A stretch of 64,000 nucleotides of DNA from Cladosporium halotolerans (Eukaryota): contig NW_027191461.1 in NCBI RefSeq assembly GCF_011745625.1, forward strand, positions 248,001-312,000, in the 5' to 3' direction. The notes beneath the pieces are model-generated. The model saw nothing but the letters and a program-made list of their open reading frames with translations. It was not told the origin of the DNA and searched no databases. Position numbers and translations under genes: made by a program. This document shows positions 36,266-48,280 of this stretch, one piece after another; within the stretch, counting starts at the first letter, position 1; the number at the start of each line of letters is the position of its first letter.

Positions 36266-37550
36266 GTCATTCTGCTTGCGGCAATCGAAGCATGCCCTAC
36301 ACATCAACAATGGAATTGCGCAAGAGAATGTGAGAGACACTGGGAGTAGCAATGCAGAGATGATATGGTCCACGCCGCGTGGTGGTGGAGCCCGCCGAGA
36401 ACAATTGAGAATCTTAGTTACTGATAGACCATTGCTCGTGTGATAAGTGTGTGCGTACGTGTGTGTATGTGATGGATATTGCTGCAGGTCATATGTGCTA
36501 TAGGTGTCGGGTAGGAGGAAGGTCCAAAGTCCGTGAGGCTGTGGCATCTCGTTACCGCGCTCGCGAACGCGAGTTCGGTATTTCTTTCGCCCACAACCAC
36601 CGCATCCCGTGTACTTTGCAACTTCCATGCATTTTTGGACATTTGGGCCGGAAAAAGCTCCGCCTCGTTGCCTGTCTGCGCTTGCTCGGCCCATGGATTC
36701 GAACAACCCACGTTCGCTGATGCGACCGAGCACGCGCGATTAAGCATCTAATAAATGTCCTGCAACCTCCAAAAACTTCCGCATTTCCGGTCCGATGTGT
36801 GCTGCCGCCCAAGTCGATCGCCTTTGTGGTCCTCCATGCGTCTCTATTGTGTACCTTCTCTTGCGCAGACTCCATGAAAATGTGAGGTGTCCACGGTCCT
36901 CCTCTTTTCTCTACGGTCTTTTCGGAATGCTTTGCTGGTGAATACGGTCGGTCTATCGTTAGATTTGCTCGTGTGTTCGGGGCTATGCGGTGTGATATAT
37001 AGTTTGGTGCGTATTCAAATTGAGTCGCTCAAGCAGCAGGTGCAGAGCTCCAGGATTCGTCCTCAACGGATTAGCTTTGGCGCGTCGTGACTCTTTAAAA
37101 ATCTTCTTTATTAGGATGTTGATGTGACCTTAGAAAGGCCAAAAGCCCGAGCCAGAGTGCAGACGGTCCTGCTCGTGAAAAGGTCCTTCTCAAGCTCGCT
37201 GCTTGCGGTGTCGGCACTGCAGTGTGCTTTCGTGCTCCCAGAGCCCGTCTCTGCTCAATGGCGATGTTGTTGATATGTGCTCCCCTTTTCTTTAACCAGT
37301 TAATTAATGCTTTGGTCGAACTGCGCATCTAGCTCATCGTTACCGAGCGCTTGTGTACTCGCCATTTCACGTTTTCGTGATGACCATTCGTCGCGGTGTG
37401 CGACCTACTTTGGGCTTTTTAGCGATTTGCAATCTTGCAGCAAGGGCTTGGGATCCCAACATGTTTCCAAGCTGAAAAGATATTCAATTCAATACACGGC
37501 TGGTGCTCGAGCCCAACCTGTGTGATTGACCCGTGACCATTTTACGGTGG

Positions 37551-38428
37551 TCATCGAGGTCCAGTGTAGGGAATGTGTGGATCATTTGACGGCAGTGTCG
37601 ATTGATGCGGCGTGTCATCTTGCTGATAGCCAGGATTGTTGTGTACTCGATACTGCATGTCTTGTGGCTGGTATGTCTGCATTCTCTGGCCGTATCCGTG
37701 CATGCCCGCGCCATCCATCATGGGAGCATTACTCGACATGCCATGATGGGGCGCGAAGTTGGGGGAATAGGGTTGCGGAGGTAAAGCGACCGCATTGTAA
37801 TGGAAACCAGGTTTGTCGTTCCTTGACTGTGGTAGTGGGTAGAGACCGCCTTCGCGGAGCCCCGGCCGGAAACCGTCGACCTGAGGAAGCATTTCTGAAT
37901 CTTGACTGCGATGGCGTGGGATTTCCCCTGCGGCTTCTTCCCAGGGATAACTTTTGTCTCCCGAAGTGCTTGTTTTGGAGGGCGCCTCCATGCCTAGAAG
38001 CGCGCTGTCATAATCCCCGCGTCTCAGGCGATCAAGCATCTGAATCGATGTGTCTGTATCAACAGAGCGGAGGCAATGGATTAGTGAAGTGTGAGAGTTG
38101 AGCTCGTCTCTGAGTCGCTGCTGGCTCTCGAGCATAGCTTGGGCACGAGTCTGCCCAGGCGGAAGCTCGTAAGCACAGGCAAGCCTTGCCTTGACACAAG
38201 GCCTACACACTGGCCGAACCTCGTCGCACTACGCCGGAAAGTCAGGATGGCCGGTTGCAAGTGGAAAAAGGGAGTGCGGACCTTGATTTTCCTGCGACGG
38301 CATTGCTGACAGGCCTGTCGCACCTGCTGACGCCTCCTCCTGTTCGCAAGGTCTCCATTCGACACAACTTCGTCTGTGGCGGCATCACCATCCACGTCAG
38401 CCATGGAGACCAAGTCCGACTCATCCAT
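37551..38428 (-). CDS. Zn(II)2Cys6 transcription factor (short); intron 38281-38229
   Basis: The splice gives ACQQCRRRKIK|CDEVRPVCRPCVKARLAC, a complete Zn2Cys6 cluster. Confidence 0.88.
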
Positions 38429-41090
38429 GGTTTATTTTGGTGAAAGGACGATGCTGCGCGAGAATCAGTAACACAGTTATCCGTGTTGCATGTAGACTGC
38501 TGTTGACAGCACCTGAAGCCAAAGAGGCCTTGAGTAGTGACTATGCCATGGAAAGCTAGCCGATTGCGGGCCCACACGTCCTTCCGGCTCAGAGCCGGAT
38601 CGCCTCATCACTGGTATTAGTCTACACGGCTATCAATTCAGCAGGGGCAGACGCGGCTCGACTCCATGTTCGCTCCTGACTCCGACGAGAGGACCTGGCT
38701 CCGTTGCATCTGAATCCTGGCCCCTAGGTGCGCCTTACGTTGGCCTACATTCAACGATGGACCCCACCGTCGATGCCCTCACATTATTGCTGCCAGTCCG
38801 GACGCTAGGCGCGGTCTCGCTTAGATGCATTGCCAGTGCCGCGTGCCCACCCTCGGAGCCCGACTCCGAAGCGAATCAACGAAGGTGCGAGCACTCTTTG
38901 AGTGGGCCTGCACGGCGGACTCGGTACTCACGAACGCATACTGCCGGCGATCAGGCGGGTGGCCACATTCTTGCGCCTGCGCGGTCTCGGTACATTTTTG
39001 TAGACGCGCCGAGCGGCTCCACGACCGTCTCCGCCTCCGCAAGAGTCGAGTGCGTTAGCTGGAGCCGATCGTTCGTGGCCCTTATATTTGCCTTAACGGG
39101 ACTGAGGAGGCTCGGGAGGAGTCGGCCACGTGCTGCACACCACCGTGACACCTCAGCTTTACAACCTGTCTACCGGGGGGAGCAGTCAGATCGTAGACCC
39201 ACAGCGGCGCCGCGGCGGATTCTGTTACGATTCAATTTGGACCGACCAGAGTCTATTGGAACTCCGAACTGCTGAGGCAGATGCGATCTGTATCTGCGCG
39301 GCGGATGAAGGTGGCGTCCACGCGCTCCCTCCCTCGACCGCCAGGGCAGTCCAAGATCTCTCCGTCCCGCCATTGGACCAGGGAGCCTCGAGATCTGGCT
39401 AGTCGTTACGGCTTGACGGCTGAGAGAAGGCTGACGGAAGGGCTCCCCGGGCCAGGCAATGGCGTGGGAGAGAGACTGGGACTCGAAAGCCCTGACTTCG
39501 AAGCCGTGCAATGCCCAAATCGGACATGCCGATCCGATTTTTGAAGCTTCTATTCGCCGATGCTTTTGGTAGCAGAGGGTATTGGGTGTGAGCGCTGGTG
39601 TATTGTACAGTATGCCCAGTGCTGGCCGTGCTTGATGCAAACCTGCAACCCAGCCGGCGGTTGACGATCGTGGCGGCGTGTGCGCTAAGGTGAGATGAAG
39701 GGGAGTCGGAGGATACTCCGAATACTAGGGCTGTGGATCATTGCGCTGGTCTGACTGGCCGCCTGGCCGCATCGCCAAGGACGGCAAGCCGGTCGACGCG
39801 CCCCGCCAGCACCGTGTGCCGCAACGACGCGGAAACGGAGCGAGCGCCGATAGCCCTAGACCTGAGAGGGTACGTAATCAGGCGCTGGACGAGCTTCGCG
39901 CGCCGACACCTGTACCTATGCATGCATCATCTAATGAGTAAGTGCTGCCAGGATCTGTGTATCGAGGGAATTCTCATGCGCGGCATCTTGGATCTCCCCG
40001 GCGTGTCAGATGCTTTGACTCACCTGAGCAACTGATTTTGCTGCCCGGCAGAGCGCTGGGCGATCAGCACTCTAAGACGCGTGCATGCATGGCGCTCGGA
40101 ATAGGGGTCAGTAGATCCATGGGACTGGGGAAGCGCTCGTTCCTGGATACGAGGAATGGTCGACGACCTCAAGCACATACCGATAGAATGGAAGGTATAT
40201 GGAGCGTGCTGACAGGTGCTCTGCAAGGACAACAACATGGGTTCTCTGCCGGAATATCCCTAAGCAACGCGAATGGCTTTGCGTTCTAGAGCAATCGATG
40301 AGGAGTCGCAGCCATCCAGATCTACTACTATCTCGCGGCTTCTGACTGCATTCGCTAGCACCACATTGAGGTCGCATGGGCTAATCGCAAATAGACGCGC
40401 AGTAGCGTTGTGTGGCTGCATCAACGCTGTCGCCGAGCGTTTGCAGCAACGAGGTTGAGAAATCTGGCGAGCAGAGGCGCCGTAAGATCCTGGACTTATC
40501 CACGACCCAAGCTTGGCTGCTGTGGTAATTTCGGACGTGTTTGCTCCAATCTCGAGGTCAATTCCTTGGTGCAAGAGGGTCATGCGGTCCCTGACGGGAG
40601 CACATGCTCGAACTTTACCCTATGATAAGCTTTCATGTCTAAAGTTGGAGAAGCTACTATAGCAAATCTGCCCTACTTGTGTTCCAGGTGCTTGTCGACC
40701 TCGTGGGTTTTGATCTGTAAGGTTCCGCCAGACGTCGGACTGCACAAGACGTTGAACCTAAAGAGCAAATGATGCTGCCACATCGATATTCTGACTAATG
40801 TTATGAACTGTCTGGGTTGGCATTCATACTGTATGTAGCTAACAGCAACTACCAAGGCCCCTTCCGCGTCAAAGTATGAGCAAAATGCGGCAAAAAGTAG
40901 GTCCGTAAGCTAAGGGCTTAGAACGGTAATGGGCCACGCCCGTCTCTGGTCCATGATGATACATAGTGCAGGGGAGCATGAGGAAACGATGGTGGTTGGA
41001 CTTTTCGTCCACAACCGTGTGGAATGTCGCTCTGTTCTCCATCAATGGTACCTAGCGGTGTATCAAAGGCATGTTGTAGACCGAAATGCT

Positions 41091-43235
41091 TTAACACCGC
41101 TCGAAAACGCGATACAAGCCCTTCAGGTCTGCTACCTCCACGGTGCCTTTCAGCAGGCTTCTTGTCGCAACAAGTCTGGCTTTGAATGCGGGAAACAGGA
41201 CATCCTCGATGGCACGATGTAGCTCGTCGCGCCGTAGGACAACATCGCCATGGCCGTTTGAAGCCGACAGGGGAAATGCTTCGGGAACGTAAAAATTCGC
41301 GAGCTCACGCAGGAAGCTCTGGAAACACCCACTCTCGTCTTGCCAGTCGACATGTGGCCCAAGGCGCAGGAGGAGATTGGGCAGCTTGGCCATTGAGGGC
41401 ATGTAGCCTTTGATCAGCAGCGGGATGCTAAGAAGGTCGCCTTGTTCGGAAATCTCCAGTGTAAAATACTCTGCCAACATGTCACGTCGAGATACGAGTT
41501 GCTCAACCACTGCAGGAACGACTCCCGCCCATTCAGAATCGCTCATCTGCTGGCCTTGGTCTTGCAGTTGCTTGACGCCTACCCGGAGTAGATCATCAAG
41601 ATTCAGCGGCGGATCGAATCGGATGGCGCCAAAGTTGCCGAAATCTGTGAGGCCTAGCTGGTAGAAGTATTCTGCGCAGACCATTCCGTAGTCGACGAGA
41701 AGGAGTTTCACACCACTCTGGATTGCTGCAATCCGCCGATGATCGTCGACGATGCCAACGAAAGTGTGATTTGAGAAAACGTCGGTCAACCCACTGTGCA
41801 TTGACTCGCGTACCAGAGCCCTCAATTCTTTGATCGTCGACAATCGGCATATTGTAGCTTCCTTGTCAGTATACTGGTAGTCGATGCCATCAGAACCTGC
41901 TCCTCGAGAAGGTGACAAGGCACGCTGGAGCATTGTTGTGATCTTCCTGCTCTTAGCATCTGTCCTGACCAGGTTGTTTTCATATGGTTTTTGAGAGACC
42001 AGACGTGATGTTGACGGCACTCTTGGTAATGTCGGAGTTGTTGTGCCTCCATCATCTGCTGTTGCTTGCCTACTAATGCTGGGTGTTTTTCCTCCACTCA
42101 GGAGACTCTGTGTCATGAATGTGCGGCTCGTATCAACCTTGCCGAGCTTGGATCTGATTGCGCCGCAAATTAATTCGACAATTTCTTCCTCGTTCAAAAA
42201 GTTGACTTCGCGTTTCGTTGGATGGACATTGACGTCGACCCGAGCAGGTTCAATTTCTAGGCTCAGGTACAAAAACGGTTTGCCGCCTTTGGGCAAGAAA
42301 GCAGAGTAAGTCTGCTCCACAGCCTTCTTGATCGCCGAGGAATCGACAGACCGATGATTGATGAAGAGCAATAGCGTTGTCCGTTTCCCACTGTAGTTGG
42401 CATTGCTTGCAAATCCGTTCGTCTTGAAGCCATATTGCTTATCTGATACCTCGAACTCCATGAGCTCGTTTGCGATATCACTGTTATGGACGATACGGAT
42501 TCTGTCTTTCGTACCTGCAGCCATAGGCACTGCAATGCTCGTGCCGGATTCTCCATGTTTCTTGCAGGAGAAGGCCACACCTTGACAATGCACCGCGTAC
42601 TTTCCAACCTGCTCGGCGATCTTCGCGTACTCCTCGCTTGCTGATCTGAATGCTCGCCGACGGGTAGGCACGTTGTAAAAGAGATCCTCGACCTGGATTT
42701 GCGTGCCTTGCCTGCCTGCACATGCTTTCGGGTCTGCGCTTTGGCCTGGCTTGGCTGGAGCAAGCTTTCCAGCTGCATAATGAGCTTTCCAGGCGCAACT
42801 GGAGTCTGCAGTTTTCGTAGTGATGCTCAAATGCGCTATGTGGGATATACTGGCGAGGGCCTCGCCGCGGAAGCCATACGTTCCAATGGACTGCAAATCC
42901 TCAAAAGCCTTCAGCTTCGATGTGGTGAAGCGCTCGCATAGAATGGACATGTCATCTTTGTTGATACCACAGCCGTTGTCAGAGATTTGCAGCAACTTCA
43001 ATCCGCCGTCCTTGACGACAATCTCCAAGCTGGTGGAGCCTGCGTCGACGGCGTTCTCGATGAGTTCTTTCAGAGCATGTACGGGTGCGACGATGATTTC
43101 GCCAGCAGCGATCTTGTTGACCACGTCTTGATGAAGCGCACGGATCCTTCGTGGACCTTCAATCTCGTCTGCTGCCTTTCGCTTCGTGCCTCGAGGTGGC
43201 GAGGTAGATCTTGCATTTTGCGATGTCGAGTCCAT
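41091..43235 (-). CDS. MLH1: DNA mismatch repair protein MutL homolog 1
   Basis: KELIENAVDAG, DNGCGI, GTYGFRGEALAS, DVNVHPTKREV and the C-terminal FERC signature. Confidence 0.97.
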   Translation of the reverse strand: MDSTSQNARSTSPPRGTKRKAADEIEGPRRIRALHQDVVNKIAAGEIIVAPVHALKELIENAVDAGSTSLEIVVKDGGLKLLQISDNGCGINKDDMSILCERFTTSKLKAFEDLQSIGTYGFRGEALASISHIAHLSITTKTADSSCAWKAHYAAGKLAPAKPGQSADPKACAGRQGTQIQVEDLFYNVPTRRRAFRSASEEYAKIAEQVGKYAVHCQGVAFSCKKHGESGTSIAVPMAAGTKDRIRIVHNSDIANELMEFEVSDKQYGFKTNGFASNANYSGKRTTLLLFINHRSVDSSAIKKAVEQTYSAFLPKGGKPFLYLSLEIEPARVDVNVHPTKREVNFLNEEEIVELICGAIRSKLGKVDTSRTFMTQSLLSGGKTPSISRQATADDGGTTTPTLPRVPSTSRLVSQKPYENNLVRTDAKSRKITTMLQRALSPSRGAGSDGIDYQYTDKEATICRLSTIKELRALVRESMHSGLTDVFSNHTFVGIVDDHRRIAAIQSGVKLLLVDYGMVCAEYFYQLGLTDFGNFGAIRFDPPLNLDDLLRVGVKQLQDQGQQMSDSEWAGVVPAVVEQLVSRRDMLAEYFTLEISEQGDLLSIPLLIKGYMPSMAKLPNLLLRLGPHVDWQDESGCFQSFLRELANFYVPEAFPLSASNGHGDVVLRRDELHRAIEDVLFPAFKARLVATRSLLKGTVEVADLKGLYRVFERC

Positions 43236-43552
43236 CGTTCTGAGACATCAGACGTTCTGCCTGCTACAAGTTTGAGAGTCCTTTTACGGCATAACGCGTT
43301 ATTCTTTCGCGCTTCAACTGCGTCAATCTAATCGAGTGAGGATGGAATAGAGTTGGGTTCCCGAGGACGCCTCTCGCGTGAGGGTGGACCCGGCTGACTT
43401 TCCATTCCTGGAGCTGGTCCTCACTTTTTGTGACCGAACTGCGCCCTTTCGCCTAGGTATTCGCAGCATTGCAGCAACAAGACACTCCCGACGGTGGGCA
43501 GCAGTGATACCTTTCTCACAGAAATCGGCGTTCTCTCCACATCATCGCGACC

Positions 43553-44036
43553 ATGTCTGACGCAACTCTGTACGAGGAGACCTTCAACATCAACTCCACC
43601 ATCGCCGACAAGTACGACCGCGTTACCCGCGTCCTGGGCGCTACCCACGATGCTTCGACTGCGCTCACCCTCGACGTGAATCACGAGCTCTATCCTCTGT
43701 CTAGCGGAGAAACGGTAACCATGGTCCTCGCGACCACGTTGAACCTGGACGGCACCAAGGACGAGCGCGGCTGGAGGGAGAAGAAGGGAGAATCGACGCT
43801 AGCGGATATGTACGACTACGTCTGTTATGGCAAGGTCTACCGATTCGAGGAGGGCGAGGAGGGCCGAAGCATGTAAGTTTGGCTCGGTCACAATTTTGCC
43901 TCGGGTGCAATGGCTCTGACTGCTGAGCAGTAAATGCTACGTCTCTTTCGGTGGTCTTCTCATGTGCCTCGACGGACCCCACAAGAAGCTGTCGCCGCTT
44001 CGTATTGACAACGTCTACATGCTGCTTAAGAAGTAG
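43553..44036 (+). CDS. RPB8: RNA polymerases I/II/III shared subunit Rpb8; intron 43873-43930
   Basis: KYDRVTR, LTLDVNHELYPL, LADMYDYVCYGKVYRF, then exon 2 YVSFGGLLM...VYMLLKK*. Confidence 0.95.
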
Positions 44037-44215
44037 GGATACTTAGGTTACTAGTAGACGGATCAGACATTGCCGGAATGATCAGAGGGCGGAAAAAGTC
44101 GATTTAGCGCGGCGTTGGTGGGACTGAGCTTGGAGATGCTCACTTTTTGTGGCCTGCCTGGAATTCTTGAAGGGTATCATGACTACGCAGCTACAAACTG
44201 TTACTTTTATCTTTT

Positions 44216-45334
44216 TTACAACGTGGGAAATTCCAGCCTTCGGTGCAACCTGGCAACGATTTCAATGTATCCCTCGTCGTCCGACGTGAGGATGCCGTGT
44301 CGGACAAAGAAGTCAAGAAGCACGACCGCGCAATTTGGCTTGAACTCGCCGTTTCGCAGGGCGACCTTTGTCTCATCGATGGTCATCAGCTCAAATGCTT
44401 CAACCTCATCGTCGCTTGGCTTCGGCTCGACGTCCTCGGGAAGCTCGATGTCGTACACGTACTGAACCTCCGGCTGCAGCAATCGTGTCTCACCTCCGGC
44501 GCGGTGGTCTCGAATGTGAAAGTATGTCACTGTTCCCACAGCCTTTGCATCCTTTCGGACCAGATCCTCCGGCAAGGATGCTTCTTCACCCGCTTCTCTC
44601 ACAATGCATTCAAACGGACTCTCGCCAGTCGCAATGCCTCCAGCAACAGTGTTATCCAGCATGCCTCCGTACGTTTGCTTAGTCGCAGCCCTTCTCGGCA
44701 CCCACAGTTTGAGCTCACCATCTTTCTTCGTATACGCCATCATGTGGCATCCGTAGGTGACAATGCCAAAAAGTGCACTCGCAGCTCTTTCAATGCTGAA
44801 CAGCAGTTCGCGCTTCGGTCCGTAGACCGCGTATAGCTCGTCCCTCCAGCCCCTCAGAATCTTGAAGTGATCTGTCGCGCGCATGGCTTCCGCAGTCGCA
44901 GCCACAATCCTTGACCTCTCCTCTTCCGTCGAGCCCGACGTAAGCGTCAGGCTCCTTTCCTCGTCGTCGACTCGCCAATCGGGCAGCCCGCGGAAAGCCT
45001 CTGCAACTGATGGGAGGAGATATCCAAGATCGGCGTCCGGGTACTCGGGAACTTTGAGCGCATAGTAGGTGTTGATGTGGGCGAGGAAGAGCTTCGGGTT
45101 TGTGTGGTAGTAAGGGAAGCTGTCGCATTCGCCGATCAGGTCAAGGTTGCTCTTGGGCCCGCCATCTTTGGGGCTCGGCTCGGGAAGAGCTATAACGTTG
45201 CTCGAACCTTCGTTCTCTTTTGCGTCTGCTGAGTCGGATGTAGCGTCTGTGTCCTGCGCAGCAGGCCAAGTCGGCATTCGTGGAAGCTGCTTGGGGAGAA
45301 GCTCGCGGACGCGCGTCAGGTTGAAAGACTCCAT
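44216..45334 (-). CDS. Nudix hydrolase (DUF4743/YJR142W-like, thiamin-pyrophosphokinase-related); 5' end uncertain
   Basis: GWRDELY, IERAASALFGIVTYGCH, LDNTVAGGIATGESPFECIVREAGEEASL (Nudix box), EFKPNCA. Confidence 0.88.
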   Translation of the reverse strand: MESFNLTRVRELLPKQLPRMPTWPAAQDTDATSDSADAKENEGSSNVIALPEPSPKDGGPKSNLDLIGECDSFPYYHTNPKLFLAHINTYYALKVPEYPDADLGYLLPSVAEAFRGLPDWRVDDEERSLTLTSGSTEEERSRIVAATAEAMRATDHFKILRGWRDELYAVYGPKRELLFSIERAASALFGIVTYGCHMMAYTKKDGELKLWVPRRAATKQTYGGMLDNTVAGGIATGESPFECIVREAGEEASLPEDLVRKDAKAVGTVTYFHIRDHRAGGETRLLQPEVQYVYDIELPEDVEPKPSDDEVEAFELMTIDETKVALRNGEFKPNCAVVLLDFFVRHGILTSDDEGYIEIVARLHRRLEFPTL

Positions 45335-45657
45335 GTTTTTACTTGGGGGTCCAGTCAGATGCTCCAAGTATCGCTTAAGTTCACAATCAGCTGTTTGCGA
45401 TCAGAGCAGTCGTTCTGACTGCGAGCAAGCTTCCAGGTCTCTGTCAGGGTCAGGCCAGGCACCAAGTGGGGTGAAAGACGTCGATCCCCGCAGAAGACGC
45501 AGGCGATTTCGAAAAGTGACCATGGCGTCTGCACGGAGTGTATTTTATTTTTCGGATAGCCCCAAACAAGATCATTAGCGCATAATAAGGGTTACGGCAA
45601 AGGCTGGAAGAGCCACTGGGCTTCATCTGAAGTGTAACCTTTGGTAAAATCTCAAGC

Positions 45658-46296
45658 ATGTTCGGCCTCATCATCTCCGGCAGGCCAGTGGACGCCGCAC
45701 CGCAAGCCATTACAGAGACTCAGTTCGCCTTCCGCATACCACCCGTTCCGTCTTTCAGTCACATTGTGGTCTTTCTCCTCCCAGGCACGCAGCTACCCGA
45801 AGGCACAGCGGCGACCGTCTACGTGCAAATCCCGCCATCTCAGGAATTCAAGCTGCTCGGCGGAATCGGCCCAGGAAAAGAAAGCGCAATCTTCAAGGTC
45901 AGCGGTCTCAAGAGTGGAGGCGCAGGAGCTGGCCCCAATGACCTGGACGGCGACGCGATGACGGACGACGCTGCGACTGCCGCTGACGTTCCCGCTGGAG
46001 CCGACATTGTCGTCGGCCTTTCCATTGAGCCCGCCGCGCAGGTGGAGGCACAGCTCACGTCACTCAAGGGTCCCTCGAACGCGCCGCAGACTGCGCTGGT
46101 CAGACAAGGCTCGGCTACGGGTGGTAGAGTCACGACGAAGATCCTCGCTCAGAGAATCATTGGCAACGCATTCAACTTCCTGGCGTCGTTTGGCAGCGAG
46201 ACGGTACCTTTGAAGGCTTTCCAGGACTGGTGGACAAAGTTTGAGAAGAAAGTGGAGATTGACCCGAGTTTCTTGGAGAGGGAAGAGCAAGGCTGA
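45658..46296 (+). CDS. OPI10: Hikeshi/Opi10 family (DUF775) protein
   Basis: MFGLIISGRPV, HIVVFLLPG, GKESAIFKV, VPLKAFQDWWTKFEKKVEIDPSFL. Confidence 0.9.
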   Translation: MFGLIISGRPVDAAPQAITETQFAFRIPPVPSFSHIVVFLLPGTQLPEGTAATVYVQIPPSQEFKLLGGIGPGKESAIFKVSGLKSGGAGAGPNDLDGDAMTDDAATAADVPAGADIVVGLSIEPAAQVEAQLTSLKGPSNAPQTALVRQGSATGGRVTTKILAQRIIGNAFNFLASFGSETVPLKAFQDWWTKFEKKVEIDPSFLEREEQG

Positions 46297-46915
46297 GAGT
46301 TTCTTACCTTCTTCTGACATGGCAGAGTGTGTGGCTTTGGCGTGGCGAACACGCAGCTTGAGAGCTACTGCGTGGAGATGCCGTGTACCAAATCCTGCTG
46401 GTCGACGTTCCGTAGCATTGTGCGATCAGCCCGCATAGGCGATCGATGGGGTATACAGCAATTATTTCGAGTGGAGCCCGCAGTCATACTAAGGAGTTAT
46501 GGCGGAACGGTGGCTTTGGGAGCTCTGCTGTCTCCAACAGCAGAGCATTGTTGGCCCAAGCAGGGCTTACCTGAGAAGCTGCACAATTGGCCAATTGGTG
46601 GTCTCGGCTGGTCACAGTGGCAGTGCATCTTGAAGAATGAAGTAAGGAGCGCATGTTGCACGACGACATTCGGAACAGACGGCTCAAAGATTTTTGCATG
46701 GAATGATTGATTATAATGAGCTATTTTCATTTCTCGTAAAGTGATAGCAAGCAGTCAATCAGAGGTTGCTGACCGTCAGGATACGACATGCTTCCATCTA
46801 TTTCGTGAACCTAATCGATCATCTACAAGATACCATCCTTCGGCGGGGTGTAGCCGTTGTATCTAATTCAATCGTCAGCAAATCCGAGGGCGGATGATGT
46901 TATACAGATGCAGGC

Positions 46916-48280
46916 TTACGATTCAGTGTAACCAGGGAACTGATCGAACTGGTCATCCTGGATCTTGGTCAAGGCTGGGCATCCCAAAGAGTTGGTGATA
47001 CCTGCCAAGACACCCGAAAGCAGGTCGGGTGTCTGTTGGAGGGCCAGCTGCAATCCGTAGCACATGAGATTGTTGCCTTCCGCAAGCGTCGCCGCGTTGA
47101 ATACACCGCCAGTCAAGTCGGAAGGATCCAAACCGACGAAGGAGTTGGTGGTTCCGGTGTTGCCGCCAACACTGGCAAATTCAAGGTGCTGCAACAACAT
47201 GGCGTTTGTGTCAAGATTCAAATAAGGCACCGTGTAGGCATCAATGATGTTGCGAGTGTACCAGTTGTCGGGAATGCGCTGGCGGATTGTTAGCATGGTT
47301 TCTTTGCTGATGAGGATTGACCATAAAACATACCTCGTGACCACGGTTATATTGGAAGTTGCCATCCTCGCCAGTGACTCCGTAGAACGACTTCAAAACC
47401 TCTCCGTTGAGTTTACCGGATGGGAACTCCTCAGACTTGTTGCTCATGAACCGGTAAATGAAGCTCCACGCAGCAGGTTGAGCAATCACACCGGCGAAAG
47501 GAGCGAAGAAGCAGTAAGGGTTTTCATCCTTACACTGCTCGGTACGGGCAAAGCGGCGGTCCGTGAGCAGTTGCAAGTCATAGTCGTCCTCCGCCTTACC
47601 AAGGTCATACAGCTCCTGGAATAATTCCATGTTGAGGTCGACAGCATTGCCACATTGATACAGATCGCAACGAGTGGGCGAGCCGTCTCCCTCGTACTTG
47701 TTGTGAGAGCCTGATATACCCTGGGGCTTGCCCAACAGGTCTGAGAGACCGACACGGCTGTCCGGTCCGCCAATCGACCATTTGAGGCCATCGCCATCGA
47801 CGGCTGCGCCGTATACGGCAAGAATGGTGGAAAGGTCGACTCCCATGCCAAACACTGCCAATGTCGTTTAGTTATGTTACGAATGAACGATGCTTCATCC
47901 TCAGCGGTCACATACCCTTGCCTGTGCTTTCGATGAATTGAGTGATCGTTCCGATACCATTGTGCGGCAAGTAGCCATGCTGAGCAAATACAGGTTAGCT
48001 GACATTGCGCAACCATACTGTCTCTGTTGTCACTCACGTTTGCTAATGCATTTAGGCCGGGGCATGGTCCACGCTGATCTGTGGGACCAGGAGCTTGAAA
48101 AGCATGAGAGCCTGTTGTATCGACGTATTGCGACGCGGCATCGAATGGAGGAGTGCTGAGAGGCGTCTGTCTCTTCACCTTTGCCGAGCCTGCGCCGGCT
48201 TGCTCAAGGTGTTCCAGGATATTTGGGTAGGCATGGGACAGGCCCGCCAAAGCAAGACACAAAGCTGACGTAGACTTCAT
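46916..48280 (-). CDS. Secreted heme-thiolate unspecific peroxygenase, long type (~396 aa); exons 48280-48038, 47979-47916, 47854-47334, 47278-46916
   Basis: Signal peptide MKSTSALCLALAGLSHA and KR pro-site; RGPCPGLNALAN|HGYLPH (PCP heme ligand); HNKYEGDGSPTR (EGD motif); three in-frame GT-AG introns. Confidence 0.9.

Noticed and set aside
38430..41050. Short ORFs between the Zn2Cys6 gene and MLH1
   Set aside because: No recognisable domains or consistent splice structure; treated as promoter or intergenic sequence.
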